Positions 37,477 through 47,433 of a stretch of 64,000 nt of DNA are shown here, in pieces. Within the stretch, counting starts at the first letter, position 1; every line of letters begins with the position of its first letter. The translations under genes were made by a program, and so were the position numbers. The DNA is from Polyangium jinanense (GTDB taxonomy: Bacteria; Myxococcota_A; Polyangia; Polyangiales; Polyangiaceae), in the NCBI RefSeq assembly GCF_028435265.1, contig NZ_JAGTJK010000012.1, forward strand, positions 38,900 through 102,899, in the 5' to 3' direction. Below the pieces are notes generated by a model. That model saw only the letters and a program-made list of their open reading frames with translations, was not told where the DNA came from and ran no database searches.

Positions 37477-38070
37477 TCAATAATAGAACCCGACGATCCC
37501 TTCTCCCTTCGACGACGCCTCCCGGACCCACTTGCGCGCGGCCACGATAGCGTCGTGCACGTAGTCCGTCTCCGCGCTGATGTGAATCTCGTCGAAACGC
37601 TTGTTTCCTGCCACCACCTGCTCCGGGCTCCAGTATCCGTGGCGCGGGAAATCGTCGGGGGGCGGGAACGTGCAGAGCGCCTTGCCGACGTAGAGATCGC
37701 TGATGGGCAAGGCCTCGTCGAGCCCCGATTTCTTCCAATCCTCCTCGACGGCCTCCATGAACTCCCACCGGATCGAGGAAAATGCATTGTTGTCGAGGTA
37801 CCGGCCGAAGTGCTCGACGATCCGCGCGTAGGCATACGCATACATGAAGCCGTGCCCCTTCTCGGGGACCGTGCCCATGATCAAGGCCTTCACCGCGTCG
37901 AACGGCGTCGGCGCGCCACCCGCGATCTCGGAGTCGAACCAGTCCGCCTGCCGGGCCAGATCCGCCTTGAACCGGCCGCAGATCTGCCGGCGCAGCTTGT
38001 CGTCGCCGCTGCCGAAGACGGGCTTCAGTTTGTCGAATTTGACCGCATAGGCCATCACGCTGTAGCTCAC
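37477..38070 (-). CDS. hypothetical cytoplasmic protein (197 aa)
   Basis: A clean ORF with genome-typical codon usage and no recognisable domain. It is convergent with the M23 gene. Confidence 0.5.
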   Translation of the reverse strand: MSYSVMAYAVKFDKLKPVFGSGDDKLRRQICGRFKADLARQADWFDSEIAGGAPTPFDAVKALIMGTVPEKGHGFMYAYAYARIVEHFGRYLDNNAFSSIRWEFMEAVEEDWKKSGLDEALPISDLYVGKALCTFPPPDDFPRHGYWSPEQVVAGNKRFDEIHISAETDYVHDAIVAARKWVREASSKGEGIVGFYY

Positions 38071-38080
38071 TGGTTTCCTC

Positions 38081-39178
38081 CTACCGGATGCGGCCGCGCG
38101 CCGAGATCGGCCAAACCTCGACGAGTCGGTCGTCCTCGATCACGTGATAATGGTCGTGCAGGTTGATTGTCGTGTCGCAATGGCTTGGCACGAGCAGGAC
38201 CCTGTCGCCGACCCGCAAATTGCTTCCCTGGTCGGCGAATTCGATCCGGCCGTGCTCGTCCCCCGCGAACACATACTGCGCGCCCTCGATGCCCCGCACC
38301 CGCGGCGGGCCGCTGTCGCTCGAGAGCGCCTTCATTCCTGCATCCACGATCACGTCCGTCGTCCGCGTCCGGCTCACGACCGTGGTCAGGACGAACAGCG
38401 CTTGCTCGAATCCCACGCCCTGCACCGTGCCGTAATGGTCGTCCATCACCACGTACGAGCCGGGCTGGATCTCGGTGATGCCCGGGGCTTCGAGGGCAAA
38501 CGTCGACGTGCCCGTGCCGCCCGTCGAGACGATGTCGAGAGGAAAACCCGCGCCGCGGATGAGGTCCGCCGTGTCCGTGAGCTTTTCCATCGAGGCGCGC
38601 CAGTGTGCTTCGCGCTCGTCGCGGCTCTGCACGTGCTGCAAATGCCCCTCGTATCCCTGGAGCCCGACGAGCACGAGGCCCGGCATCGTCGCCACCTGCC
38701 GCGCGAGCGCGAGCGCCGGCTCCCCCGGCAAAACGCCCGTGCGCCGCTGCCCCACGTCCACATCGACGAGCACCGGGATCTTCTGCCCGACCCGCGTCGC
38801 GGCGTCGGAGATCGCCCGGGCCGCGCCCACGTCGTCCACGACCGTGAGGACGATGGCGTGCCGCGAGAGCGCGAGCAGCCGATCGATCTTCGTGCGCCCG
38901 ACGATCGGCGTCGACACGAGCACCTCGGGGATCCCCGCGCGGATCATCACCTCGGCCTCGCCGAGCTTCGCCGCCGTCACGCCGATCGCGCCCGCCGCCA
39001 TCTGCTTGTGCGCGAGCAGGGGGCATTTGTGGGTCTTCACGTGAGGGCGCAGGCGCACCGAGCCATGGATGAGCCGATCCGCCATCGCCCGGATGTTCCG
39101 CTCGGCCGCCGCGATGTCCAGGATCAGCGCGGGCGTGTCGATTTCGCCGACCGCCTGGCCTCTCGTCCATTCGAGCAT
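38081..39178 (-). CDS. alanine racemase N-terminal-domain protein (D-serine deaminase/D-threonine aldolase-like DSD1 family, PLP-dependent)
   Basis: The PLP-lysine motif RLRPHVKTHKCP sits near the N-terminus and the protein is 365 aa. I chose the start MLEWTRG, which has GGAGGA eight nucleotides upstream. The longer ORF to 39619 is an Arg-rich extension. Confidence 0.8.
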   Translation of the reverse strand: MLEWTRGQAVGEIDTPALILDIAAAERNIRAMADRLIHGSVRLRPHVKTHKCPLLAHKQMAAGAIGVTAAKLGEAEVMIRAGIPEVLVSTPIVGRTKIDRLLALSRHAIVLTVVDDVGAARAISDAATRVGQKIPVLVDVDVGQRRTGVLPGEPALALARQVATMPGLVLVGLQGYEGHLQHVQSRDEREAHWRASMEKLTDTADLIRGAGFPLDIVSTGGTGTSTFALEAPGITEIQPGSYVVMDDHYGTVQGVGFEQALFVLTTVVSRTRTTDVIVDAGMKALSSDSGPPRVRGIEGAQYVFAGDEHGRIEFADQGSNLRVGDRVLLVPSHCDTTINLHDHYHVIEDDRLVEVWPISARGRIR

Positions 39179-39218
39179 GGTTGGTTCGTCCTCCTCACGT
39201 GCCGCTTTTGATCCCGAG

Positions 39219-42200
39219 CTACACCCCCATGTGCGCCGCGAGATCGAGGGTTCGCCTGTGCTCGGGAACGAGCTCGACGAAGCTCCGTCGATGCGCCGGC
39301 CGCGTGAGCAGAGCCGCGCGCTCCTCGATGCGCCGTCTCGCGATGGAGAGCGCGCGCCGCGCACCCTCGGTGTCCCCCGTCGCCGCGAGCGACTCGGCGA
39401 ACGCGAGGCGCACGAGCCCCTCGCCCTCCTCGGCCGCGCCCCCACGCGCCGCGAGCGCGCTGATCGCCCTCTCCGCCATGTGCAGGGCTTCCGGCGTGCG
39501 ACCCCGCAAGACCTCGACCATCGCGAGCACGCCTTGCGCGTAGGCGTGGAGGGGCATGCCCGCGAGCGCGTCCGCGGCCGCGCGCGCCTCGGCGTCGGCG
39601 ATGTCGAGCTTGCGCGCATAGAGCGCGGCGATCGCGAGGTAGATCCGCGCGCCGGCTTCGAGCCTGCGGTTCCTCTGGAGGAGGGCGTCGCGGATGCTGC
39701 GCGAGAGGAGCGTCTGGGCCTCGTCGAGCCGGCCCGTGTGCGCCAGGGAGAAGCCGAGGTTCTGCTGGGCCGCGCTCACGATCTGCGAGAGCCCTTGCGC
39801 CTCGCCCGCTTCGAGCGCGGCGCGCGCGGCGAACTCGGCCTCGACGTAGGCGCCGATCGCGTTGAGCAGCGCGGCCTGGTTGCTTCGGTGGAGCGCGACG
39901 CTGCGCAGGTCGCCGATCTCCGTGAAGGCCTGGATGACCTGCTCCACCGCGGCGACCGCCCCGGCCGCGTCCCCCATCGTGTGCGCCCGCAGCGTGTCGG
40001 CCTCATGCAGGCGCGCGCGTGTGGACGGCTCGCGCCGCGCCTCCTCGTGCCCCGCGGCGATCTCGTGCAGGGACTCCGCGAGCTCGTGCCTCCCGAGCAC
40101 GTACAACGCGGCCGCGACGCGCGCGCAGGCGGCGATCTGCGTCGGTCTCGGCGAGGTCCGCGGCGCGGAGACGACCTCGGAGAGCGCCGCCGCCACGGGC
40201 TCGAGCGTGCCCGGATCGCCGAGCGTCGTCGCGCACGAGGTGACCTCACTCGCGGCCGCACACCACGCGTCGGTGCCGCGCGGCAGGACCGTGAGCGCGT
40301 GCTCCGCTTTCCGCATCGCCTCGACGTTCTCGCCGCGCCATCGATGCGCCTCGGCCTGGATCACGAGCAGGCGACCGAGATCGTCGCCGAGCGCGCCGCA
40401 GTTGATCCCGCGCTCGGCAGAGGAGAGGGCCTTGCCGAGATCTCCGCCGAGGAGCGCTTGTTCGGCCGCGCGTGAGAAGTGCGTGATCGCTTTGTCGAGC
40501 TGGCCCGCGCGGAAGAGGTGCTCGGCGAGGCGCATCGGATCGGGCTCTCCGGCCGCCGTGAGCCGGCGCGCCGCGAGCTTGTGTCCGAGCACGCGGTCCT
40601 CGTCGGTGAGCATCGCGTACGCCGCCTCGCGCACGTAGGCGTGCCGGAACGAGTACATCTCCACGACGTTCTCGTGCCGCGTGAGGCTCACCTCGCGGAG
40701 CTCCAAGAGCTCGCGCGCGCAGAGCTCGCCGAGCAGCTCGGCCACGTCGCGCGTCTCCTCGCCGAGCAGCGCCGCCACGTCGCCCTCCGTGAACACGTCG
40801 CCGTAGACGCTCGCCGCGCGCAGGGCCCGCCGCGCGCGCGGATCGAGCTCTTCGAGCGTGCCTTGCACCATGGCGATCACGCTCTCCGGCAGCGCCTGAT
40901 CGCGGCCGCGCGCGGCCGCGCGCACGAGCTCCTCCAGGAAAAACGCGTTCCCGCCCGCGCGCTCCACGATCTGCGTGATCACCGTGCTCTTCGCCCGTGG
41001 CCCGAGCGCCGCGCGCGCGAGCCTCTGGCTGTCGCCGTCCGCGAGCGGCGCGAGCGAGATCGTGAGCGGCCCGCGCGCGGTCCAGAGATCCGGGAACGTC
41101 CGCGCGAGCTCGGGCCGGCCGAGCGCGAGCACCACGAGCGGCAAGCGCTGCGCGAGCGCTGCGTCGACGAGGTTCAAGCTCGGAAGGTCCCCGAAATGCA
41201 GGTCTTCGAGCACGAGCAGCAGCGTGCTGGCGCGGCACTCGGCGACCACGAGCTCCTCGAACGATCGGCGGATCCGGTCGCCCAAGAGCGTCGCGTTGCG
41301 CCGCGCCGCGACGAGCCCCGGGCGGCCCTCGCCCTCGAAGGGCAAACCCGCGGCCTCGCCCAGAAACTCCGCCACGGACGCGGCGCGGATCGGATCGAGG
41401 TAGCGGCCGATGCGCGCCCGCAGCTTGCGCCGCGCGACCTCGAGCGGCTCGCCGGCCATCACGTTCGCCGCCCGCCGCAGCGTCCGCGCGAGGAGGCCAA
41501 AGGACGAGCCCGCCGCGATCGGATCCCCCTGGCCGATCCAGATCTCCACCGGCCGACCTCGCTCGCCGAGCCAGCGCAGGAGCTCGTACCGGAGGCGTGA
41601 TTTGCCGATCCCGGCCTCGCCCGTGACGATCATCGCCCGCGGCACCCGCTCTCGCTCGGCCTCCTCGAAGATGCGCTGGATCGCGGAAAACTCCATCTCG
41701 CGGCCGACGCACGGCATGGGCTTGCCGAGCAGTGTCCGCGCGGGCTCGCCGACGTCGCGCTCGCCGAGCAGGAAGAGGCCTTGCTCGTCGCCGCTCACGT
41801 CGAAGCGCGCGCCGAGCAGGCCCGCCGTCACGTCGTCCACCGCGATCGCGTCGCGCGGCGCGCGCGAGAGCATGGGCAGGAAGGGCTCGATCGTCGAAGC
41901 CGCCGGCGCCTCGCCCGCGCTCTCCGCCGCGACGATCGCCGCGCGTTCACCGTCGACCCGATCGGCGAACGCGAGCGCGCATTTCGCGGCCCGCGAGGCC
42001 TCGTCCGTCGCGGCGCCCGAGCCGTGGAACGTCACGAGCTGGTGCCCGTCGAGCAGCTCGTCGACCGCGCCGCCGAACCCCGCGGCGACCTCCACGAGCG
42101 AGGTTTTTCCCGCGGAACCCGCGCCCGGCCCCTCTGGCAGACGCACGATGAGCACGCAGCGAACGCGCCTCTCGTGTGCCCCGAGCGCGCCGCCCGGCAG

Positions 42201-43097
42201 CGACGTGGCGGAGGTCGTGGTCTCGTCGAGGTCCGCTTCGAGCGCCCGCTCGATCTCCAGCGCGAGCGCGCCCGCGTTCGCCGGCCGCTCGGCGGGCGCG
42301 CGCGCGAGCATCCGCGCGAGCAGCGCTTCGAGCCACGGCGGCGCGTCGGGCCGCATCGTGCGTAGCCTCGGCGCGTCCTCGACGACCACACGCACGAGGT
42401 ACGCGAGCGCGTCGCCGCCCTCGAAGAGCCGCTTGCCCGTGAGCGCGTGGAGCATCAAGCAGCCGAGGGCGAACACGTCGGCGCGCGCGTCGAGGTTTTG
42501 CGCGCCGCGCGCCTGCTCCGGCGCCATGTACCCCATCGACCCGAGCAAGACGCCCTTCTGCGTCAGCTCCTTGGCAGCCCCGCCGAGCCGCGCGATGCCG
42601 AAATCGATGATCTTCGGCCGCTCCAGATCGCCCTCGAGCAGGATCACGTTCCCGGGCTTCAGATCCCGATGCACGATCCCGCGCTCGTGCGCGACCGCGA
42701 GCGCCTCTGCGAGATGACGCAAAAGCCGCACGGCGCCGTCGATCGGCAGGGTTTGTCTTTGGATGCGCCGGTCGAGGCTCTGCCCCGAGGCCCACTCCAT
42801 CGCGATGTAGGGGAAGCTCTCCTCGCGGCCGTGCGCGACGTACCGCACGATCCCGGGATGCTGGAGGGCGGCCATGATCTCCGCCTCGCGCTCGAAGCGC
42901 TCGATGTTCGCCGCTTCTTCTTCGAGCAGGACCTTGAGGGCGACGACCTCGCCCGTCGTGTGGTCGGTCGCGCGAAACACGCGGGCCATGCCGCCTTGGC
43001 CGACGACGCCTTCGACGACGAACCGTCCGTCGACAACCTGGCCCGGAAGCATGGGGCGCCAAGTATCCGCGCAAAGTTCGGCGCGGTCCATCCCCAC
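39219..43097 (-). CDS. Ser/Thr protein kinase–AAA ATPase–TPR protein (paralog 3)
   Basis: Kinase motifs GGMARVFRA, HRDLKPGNV and DFG…APE, and P-loop IVTGEAGIGKSRL. It is 1292 aa and more divergent than paralogs 1 and 2. Confidence 0.85.
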   Translation of the reverse strand: MGMDRAELCADTWRPMLPGQVVDGRFVVEGVVGQGGMARVFRATDHTTGEVVALKVLLEEEAANIERFEREAEIMAALQHPGIVRYVAHGREESFPYIAMEWASGQSLDRRIQRQTLPIDGAVRLLRHLAEALAVAHERGIVHRDLKPGNVILLEGDLERPKIIDFGIARLGGAAKELTQKGVLLGSMGYMAPEQARGAQNLDARADVFALGCLMLHALTGKRLFEGGDALAYLVRVVVEDAPRLRTMRPDAPPWLEALLARMLARAPAERPANAGALALEIERALEADLDETTTSATSLPGGALGAHERRVRCVLIVRLPEGPGAGSAGKTSLVEVAAGFGGAVDELLDGHQLVTFHGSGAATDEASRAAKCALAFADRVDGERAAIVAAESAGEAPAASTIEPFLPMLSRAPRDAIAVDDVTAGLLGARFDVSGDEQGLFLLGERDVGEPARTLLGKPMPCVGREMEFSAIQRIFEEAERERVPRAMIVTGEAGIGKSRLRYELLRWLGERGRPVEIWIGQGDPIAAGSSFGLLARTLRRAANVMAGEPLEVARRKLRARIGRYLDPIRAASVAEFLGEAAGLPFEGEGRPGLVAARRNATLLGDRIRRSFEELVVAECRASTLLLVLEDLHFGDLPSLNLVDAALAQRLPLVVLALGRPELARTFPDLWTARGPLTISLAPLADGDSQRLARAALGPRAKSTVITQIVERAGGNAFFLEELVRAAARGRDQALPESVIAMVQGTLEELDPRARRALRAASVYGDVFTEGDVAALLGEETRDVAELLGELCARELLELREVSLTRHENVVEMYSFRHAYVREAAYAMLTDEDRVLGHKLAARRLTAAGEPDPMRLAEHLFRAGQLDKAITHFSRAAEQALLGGDLGKALSSAERGINCGALGDDLGRLLVIQAEAHRWRGENVEAMRKAEHALTVLPRGTDAWCAAASEVTSCATTLGDPGTLEPVAAALSEVVSAPRTSPRPTQIAACARVAAALYVLGRHELAESLHEIAAGHEEARREPSTRARLHEADTLRAHTMGDAAGAVAAVEQVIQAFTEIGDLRSVALHRSNQAALLNAIGAYVEAEFAARAALEAGEAQGLSQIVSAAQQNLGFSLAHTGRLDEAQTLLSRSIRDALLQRNRRLEAGARIYLAIAALYARKLDIADAEARAAADALAGMPLHAYAQGVLAMVEVLRGRTPEALHMAERAISALAARGGAAEEGEGLVRLAFAESLAATGDTEGARRALSIARRRIEERAALLTRPAHRRSFVELVPEHRRTLDLAAHMGV

Positions 43098-43215
43098 GAA
43101 AGGGACGGGTATTCGTAGCGCGCGTCGAATTCTTGCTGGGAGCGTCCGGGACGCCCCCCGGCCCCGCGTGTCGCGAGGTCCGGGAGGGCAGGCGGGGAGG
43201 GTACGTCCTGTAAAA

Positions 43216-44727
43216 CTACGGGTTGGCCGGCGGCGCGACGTGGATGCCGCAACGGTAGAACGTGCTCGCGACCTCGGCGTCCTGCGAGGCCGCCTCGACC
43301 TTGATCTTCAGGCTGGTGACGCCGGCCGGGATGTTCACGTCCTGGAGGAAGAGGTCCTTCGTCTCGCTCTCCGTGCCGATGCCGCCGGTGATCGGCATGT
43401 CGTTCGCGCCGAGCACCGAGACCTTGAGCCCACGCAGGCCCGAGCCCGAGCGCTGGCCGCCGCAGGCGACGCTGATCGTGGCCGAGCCGTCGGGCACGTC
43501 GACGGAGTAGTAATCGATGTCCGTCGGGGCCGCGTCGAGGTCGCCGTCGACGAAGTAGCTCGTCGTCGTGCCGTTCGGCGTGGCCTTCAGCGCCTCGGGC
43601 GTGTCGACGGCGTCGTTCGGCCCAGCCTCGAGCGCGTTCGAGCCCGTGCCGCCGTGGTTCACGAAGTAGAAATCGTTCTCCCCGGCCGTCGAACCAGCCT
43701 TGCGCGTCATGAAGAACAGGTAATCGGTCCCGAGCTCGCAAGGCACGGCGATCTGCGCGGGCGTCGCGGCCGCCGTCACGTCGACCTGCGCGAGCTTCTT
43801 CGTGGGATCCGCGGCCGTCGTCACGTACGCGATCACGCCCGACGTGGCCGTCGAGCCGCCGCCCGCGGTGCCGCCCGGATAGAAGTCGAAGTTGCAGACG
43901 GGGCGATCGCCCATGACCGTCACGGCGTCCGCCGGGACGTTGAAACTCCAGATGTCGACGTCCGCCGCGCTGCCGTAGCCGCCCCACTGGAGCGAGAGGT
44001 AATAGTTCCCGCTCTGCGGGTTCTTCGAATACTCGACGGCCGTGGCCTGTTCGGCCGCGTCGTTCGGCTCCGTCTCGGCCGCGATGCTCTCGAGCGACGC
44101 GTCGAGGATGCCCGCGCCGACCGCGTAGTCGTACGTGGTGATGTCGGCCGAGGGCGCGCAACCCGGCGCCCCGCCGACCCACACGTTGCATTCGGTGACC
44201 CGCATGCAGTACTCGTCGTCGTCCGACGCCGGAAGGATCGTGTAAAGCGCGCTGTCGTTGCTCGAACGCGGGAACGGATCGTCGTTCTCCGCGATCTGCA
44301 CCCATTGCGCGCCCTGCTTCTTGTAAAGCGTGAGGACGAGATCCGGGTACGTGTTGTCGAATTCGTCCTGCGGGGGCTTCGCATCCGTCGAGAGGAGAAT
44401 GGCTTGGCCCTTCGCGCCCTTGAATTTGTAGAAATCCTCGTCCGTATCGATCGGATCGAGCGTGTCCTGCAAACCGGGATCGTCGAGGAACAGCTCCGCC
44501 GCGGTATCGCAACTGATGTTCGAATCGGCGGGGGTCGAGCCGCCCGAGCCCGATTGCGCGACGCTCGACGAGCTCGAGCTCGACTGCGAAGCGCCGCCGG
44601 CGCCGCCCGACCCGCCTTCGCCGCCGGCGCCGGTGGGGTCCGACCCGCCACCACCGCAACCAACGCCGGCCGCGAGGACGGAAAGCCCGGAAGAAATGAC
44701 GAGCCCAAGCAAAACGTTCCTGCGCAT
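43216..44727 (-). CDS. secreted lipoprotein with two PPC-like (E-x-NDT…) beta-sandwich domains, hypothetical
   Basis: Start MRRNVLLGLVISSGLSVLAAGVGC with GGAGG. A Gly/Ser linker is followed by the motifs TEPNDAAEQATAV and EAGPNDAVDTPEAL, which are typical of pre-peptidase C-terminal domains. Confidence 0.6.
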   Translation of the reverse strand: MRRNVLLGLVISSGLSVLAAGVGCGGGGSDPTGAGGEGGSGGAGGASQSSSSSSSVAQSGSGGSTPADSNISCDTAAELFLDDPGLQDTLDPIDTDEDFYKFKGAKGQAILLSTDAKPPQDEFDNTYPDLVLTLYKKQGAQWVQIAENDDPFPRSSNDSALYTILPASDDDEYCMRVTECNVWVGGAPGCAPSADITTYDYAVGAGILDASLESIAAETEPNDAAEQATAVEYSKNPQSGNYYLSLQWGGYGSAADVDIWSFNVPADAVTVMGDRPVCNFDFYPGGTAGGGSTATSGVIAYVTTAADPTKKLAQVDVTAAATPAQIAVPCELGTDYLFFMTRKAGSTAGENDFYFVNHGGTGSNALEAGPNDAVDTPEALKATPNGTTTSYFVDGDLDAAPTDIDYYSVDVPDGSATISVACGGQRSGSGLRGLKVSVLGANDMPITGGIGTESETKDLFLQDVNIPAGVTSLKIKVEAASQDAEVASTFYRCGIHVAPPANP

Positions 44728-44905
44728 GAGACCTCCACGAGAGGTCCTGGGCGCGAGGGCTTGTCGCCGCGCTGCGCCGAGGACCGAAGAAGAACGATTC
44801 TTACTGCCCTCGGCCGGGCGCATCAAGGACGAAAAACCGCTTTCCACACGTGCGGTTCCGCTCGGAGTTCGATTTTCTGGGGAGTGGGATGCGACCGATA
44901 CTTTC

Positions 44906-45811
44906 TTAACGCTCGACGGGCATTCCCATCACCCGGCGTACCTCGTCGAACGCGGCCGTGAAGCGTCCGTCCTTCCCACGTAACACGAGCGGCGGCTCGA
45001 TTTCCGGGGCGCGAGCCGCGGCAGGGCGGCGCATTACATATATCGAAAAAAGTGGGTCCTTCCCCTCGCGCGGGACGATGTCGCGGTAGCGCTCGAGCAC
45101 GAGTCCGGCGCCCGCGGCCGCGGCCTCGACACGCGGGCGCTGGCGTGAGGCGGCGCAGCCCACGAACGGCGCGTCCTCGGCGAGCAGGCGCGCCGCGGCG
45201 AGCGCGTAATCCTCCACGCCGCCACGCCATTCGAAGCGGCACGGGCCGCATTGCACTTTGCTCGACTCGATCCCCGTCCCCTTCGGCAGATACGGCGGCG
45301 TGCCCGTCACGAGCTCCGCGCCTTCGAGGCCCTCGGTCGTCGACGCCTCACGCAAGTCGCCGAAACGCACGGCGCACCGATCGTCGACGCCGTTCCAGGC
45401 GAGCGAGCGGCGCGCGAGGCCAAAGCTCACGTCCTGCGCCTCGACGCCCGTCACGCGCGCCTCCGGGAAGGCCCACGCGACGAAAAGGAGGACCGTGCCG
45501 ATGCCGCAGCCGAGGTCGACGGCGCGGCGCGGGGGCGCGTGGCGCAACTGCTCGATTGCGTACCAGGCCGTGACGAGGTCGTCGGCCGACCAGCGGTGGC
45601 CGTCGACGCGCTGGAGAATGCGGAAATCACCGGCCAGGTAGCAGAGGTCCTCGCCGGGGCCGGGCCAGACGTCCTCGCGATCGGGCGTCCGCGGCTGCGG
45701 GCCCGGAGCGACCCAGCCGGCGGGGCGGCGCGCGGGGCGCACGATCCCCGAGGCCTTCGGGGCGAGCTGGTCCGAGTCGGATGCAGGCAGCATGGGGCCC
45801 TTGTCTACCAC
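44906..45811 (-). CDS. class I SAM-dependent methyltransferase, N6-adenine/(D/N)PPY-type (TrmN6/YfiC-like)
   Basis: Motif I VDLGCGIGTV and motif IV LVTGTPPYL. Confidence 0.65.
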   Translation of the reverse strand: MVDKGPMLPASDSDQLAPKASGIVRPARRPAGWVAPGPQPRTPDREDVWPGPGEDLCYLAGDFRILQRVDGHRWSADDLVTAWYAIEQLRHAPPRRAVDLGCGIGTVLLFVAWAFPEARVTGVEAQDVSFGLARRSLAWNGVDDRCAVRFGDLREASTTEGLEGAELVTGTPPYLPKGTGIESSKVQCGPCRFEWRGGVEDYALAAARLLAEDAPFVGCAASRQRPRVEAAAAGAGLVLERYRDIVPREGKDPLFSIYVMRRPAAARAPEIEPPLVLRGKDGRFTAAFDEVRRVMGMPVER

Positions 45812-46037
45812 GAGGGCGCGGGGCGGCGCTATTCCAACGTCGCAGAAATGATCGGCCGGAGACGGACTCGATTGGGGTCGTCGATGCTACGGAGGGTCTC
45901 GGAGCGCGGGGCGAGTGGTGATACTCTCCCGCCTCGCCATGAAAACCTCTTCGATTCTTTCGGCGAGCCTTGCCCAGCACGTCGCGAAGCACATGTTCAT
46001 GGCCGTCGTGAACGAGTGATCCAAAAGGAAAACCACC

Positions 46038-46724
46038 ATGGCCGAGCTCGTTTCCCTCGCCGAAGATCTCTGGGCCGCGGAGCACCCCGTGAAGATGCCC
46101 GGCGGCGTCCGGATGGACACGCGGATGACCGTGGTGCGCCTGCCCGGGGAAAAGCTCTGGGTGCATTCACCCATTCCGATCGACGACACGCTCGCCGCCG
46201 AGCTCACGAAGCTCGGAAAGATCTCCTACCTCGTCGCGCCGAACCTGTATCACAACCTCTTCCTCGGCCGGGCTTCGGAGCGTTTCCCCGAGGCGCGGGT
46301 CTTCGCGCCGCCAGGGCTCGAGAAGAAAATTCCTTCGCTCCGCATCGACGAGGTGCTTTCCGCGGATACGCCCGCCACGTGGGCCGACGTCTTCACGCAG
46401 CGCCTCGTCGAGGGCGCGCCGCAGATGCAGGAGGTTGCGTTCCTTCACCGCCCGAGCAAGACGCTCGTCGTCTCGGATCTCCTGTTCAACATCGAGCGGC
46501 CCGAAGGACTCGCGACGAAGGTCGTGCTCACGATGATGGGCACGCGCGGCAAGCTCGCGCGGAGCCGGATGTGGAATTTCATCACGAAGGACAAGGCCGC
46601 GTGGAGGGCGTCGGTGCGCGAAGTGGTCGCGCTCGATTTCGATCGGCTGATCATGGCGCACGGCGAGGTCGTCGCCTCGGGCGCGAAGGCCCGCGTGAAC
46701 GAGGCCCTCGGCCCGTACGTTTGA
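46038..46724 (+). CDS. DUF4336-family protein (tandem copy 1)
   Basis: 228 aa, with HSPIPIDDTL, the LVAPN.H motif and a DFDRLIMAHGEVV end. It is about 75% identical to the next gene. Confidence 0.6.
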   Translation: MAELVSLAEDLWAAEHPVKMPGGVRMDTRMTVVRLPGEKLWVHSPIPIDDTLAAELTKLGKISYLVAPNLYHNLFLGRASERFPEARVFAPPGLEKKIPSLRIDEVLSADTPATWADVFTQRLVEGAPQMQEVAFLHRPSKTLVVSDLLFNIERPEGLATKVVLTMMGTRGKLARSRMWNFITKDKAAWRASVREVVALDFDRLIMAHGEVVASGAKARVNEALGPYV

Positions 46725-46743
46725 GCCCCAAGGAGACCATCGC

Positions 46744-47430
46744 ATGACCGAGCTCGTATCCCTCGCCGAAGATCTCTGGGCCGCGGAGCACCCTCTGCGG
46801 TTCGCCGGCTTTGTCCGGATGAACGCGCGGATGACCGTGGCGCGCCTCCCGGGTGATGAGCTCTGGGTGCATTCGCCCATTCCGATCGACGATACGCTCG
46901 CCGCCGCGCTCGCGAAGCTCGGGCGCGTCGCGTACCTCGTCGCGCCGAACCGGTTTCACAACCTGTTCATCGGCGCCGCGTCGGCGCGTTTCCCGGAGGC
47001 GCGTGTCTTCAGCGCGCCGCGGGTCCAGGAGAAAATCCCCTCGGTCCGCATCGACGAGGTGTTATCCGAAAAGCCGCCCGCCGCGTGGGGCGGCGCCATC
47101 GATTTGCGGCACGTCGAGGGTGTCCCGATGGTGTCGGAGGTGGTGTTCCTGCACCACGCGAGCCGGACGCTCATCGTCTCCGACATCCTGTTCAACATCG
47201 AGAAGCCCGAGGGCCTCGTATCGAAGCTCGTCTACACGGCGCTCGGCACGAACCGAAAGCTCGCGATGGGCCGGGAGTGGCCGCTGATCGCGAAGGACCG
47301 CGCGGCGCTGCGCGCGTCGCTGCGCGGGGTGGCCGCGCTCGATTTCGATCGGCTGATCATGGCGCACGGCGAGGTCGTCGCCTCGGGCGCGAAAGACCGC
47401 GTGCAAGCGGCGTTATCGCCCTACGTCTGA
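46744..47430 (+). CDS. DUF4336-family protein (tandem copy 2)
   Basis: Paralog of 46038..46724, with a 19-bp spacer between the two genes. Confidence 0.6.
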   Translation: MTELVSLAEDLWAAEHPLRFAGFVRMNARMTVARLPGDELWVHSPIPIDDTLAAALAKLGRVAYLVAPNRFHNLFIGAASARFPEARVFSAPRVQEKIPSVRIDEVLSEKPPAAWGGAIDLRHVEGVPMVSEVVFLHHASRTLIVSDILFNIEKPEGLVSKLVYTALGTNRKLAMGREWPLIAKDRAALRASLRGVAALDFDRLIMAHGEVVASGAKDRVQAALSPYV

Positions 47431-47433
47431 GCC

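Noticed and set aside
39776-44961. Alternate-frame or antisense ORFs (40246..41712-, 40479..41600+, 41410..42717+, 41947..43074-, 42659..44659-, 42874..44961+) across kinase paralog 3 and the PPC lipoprotein
   Set aside because: Low-complexity translations. The chosen frames carry kinase/AAA motifs, or a lipobox plus PPC motifs.
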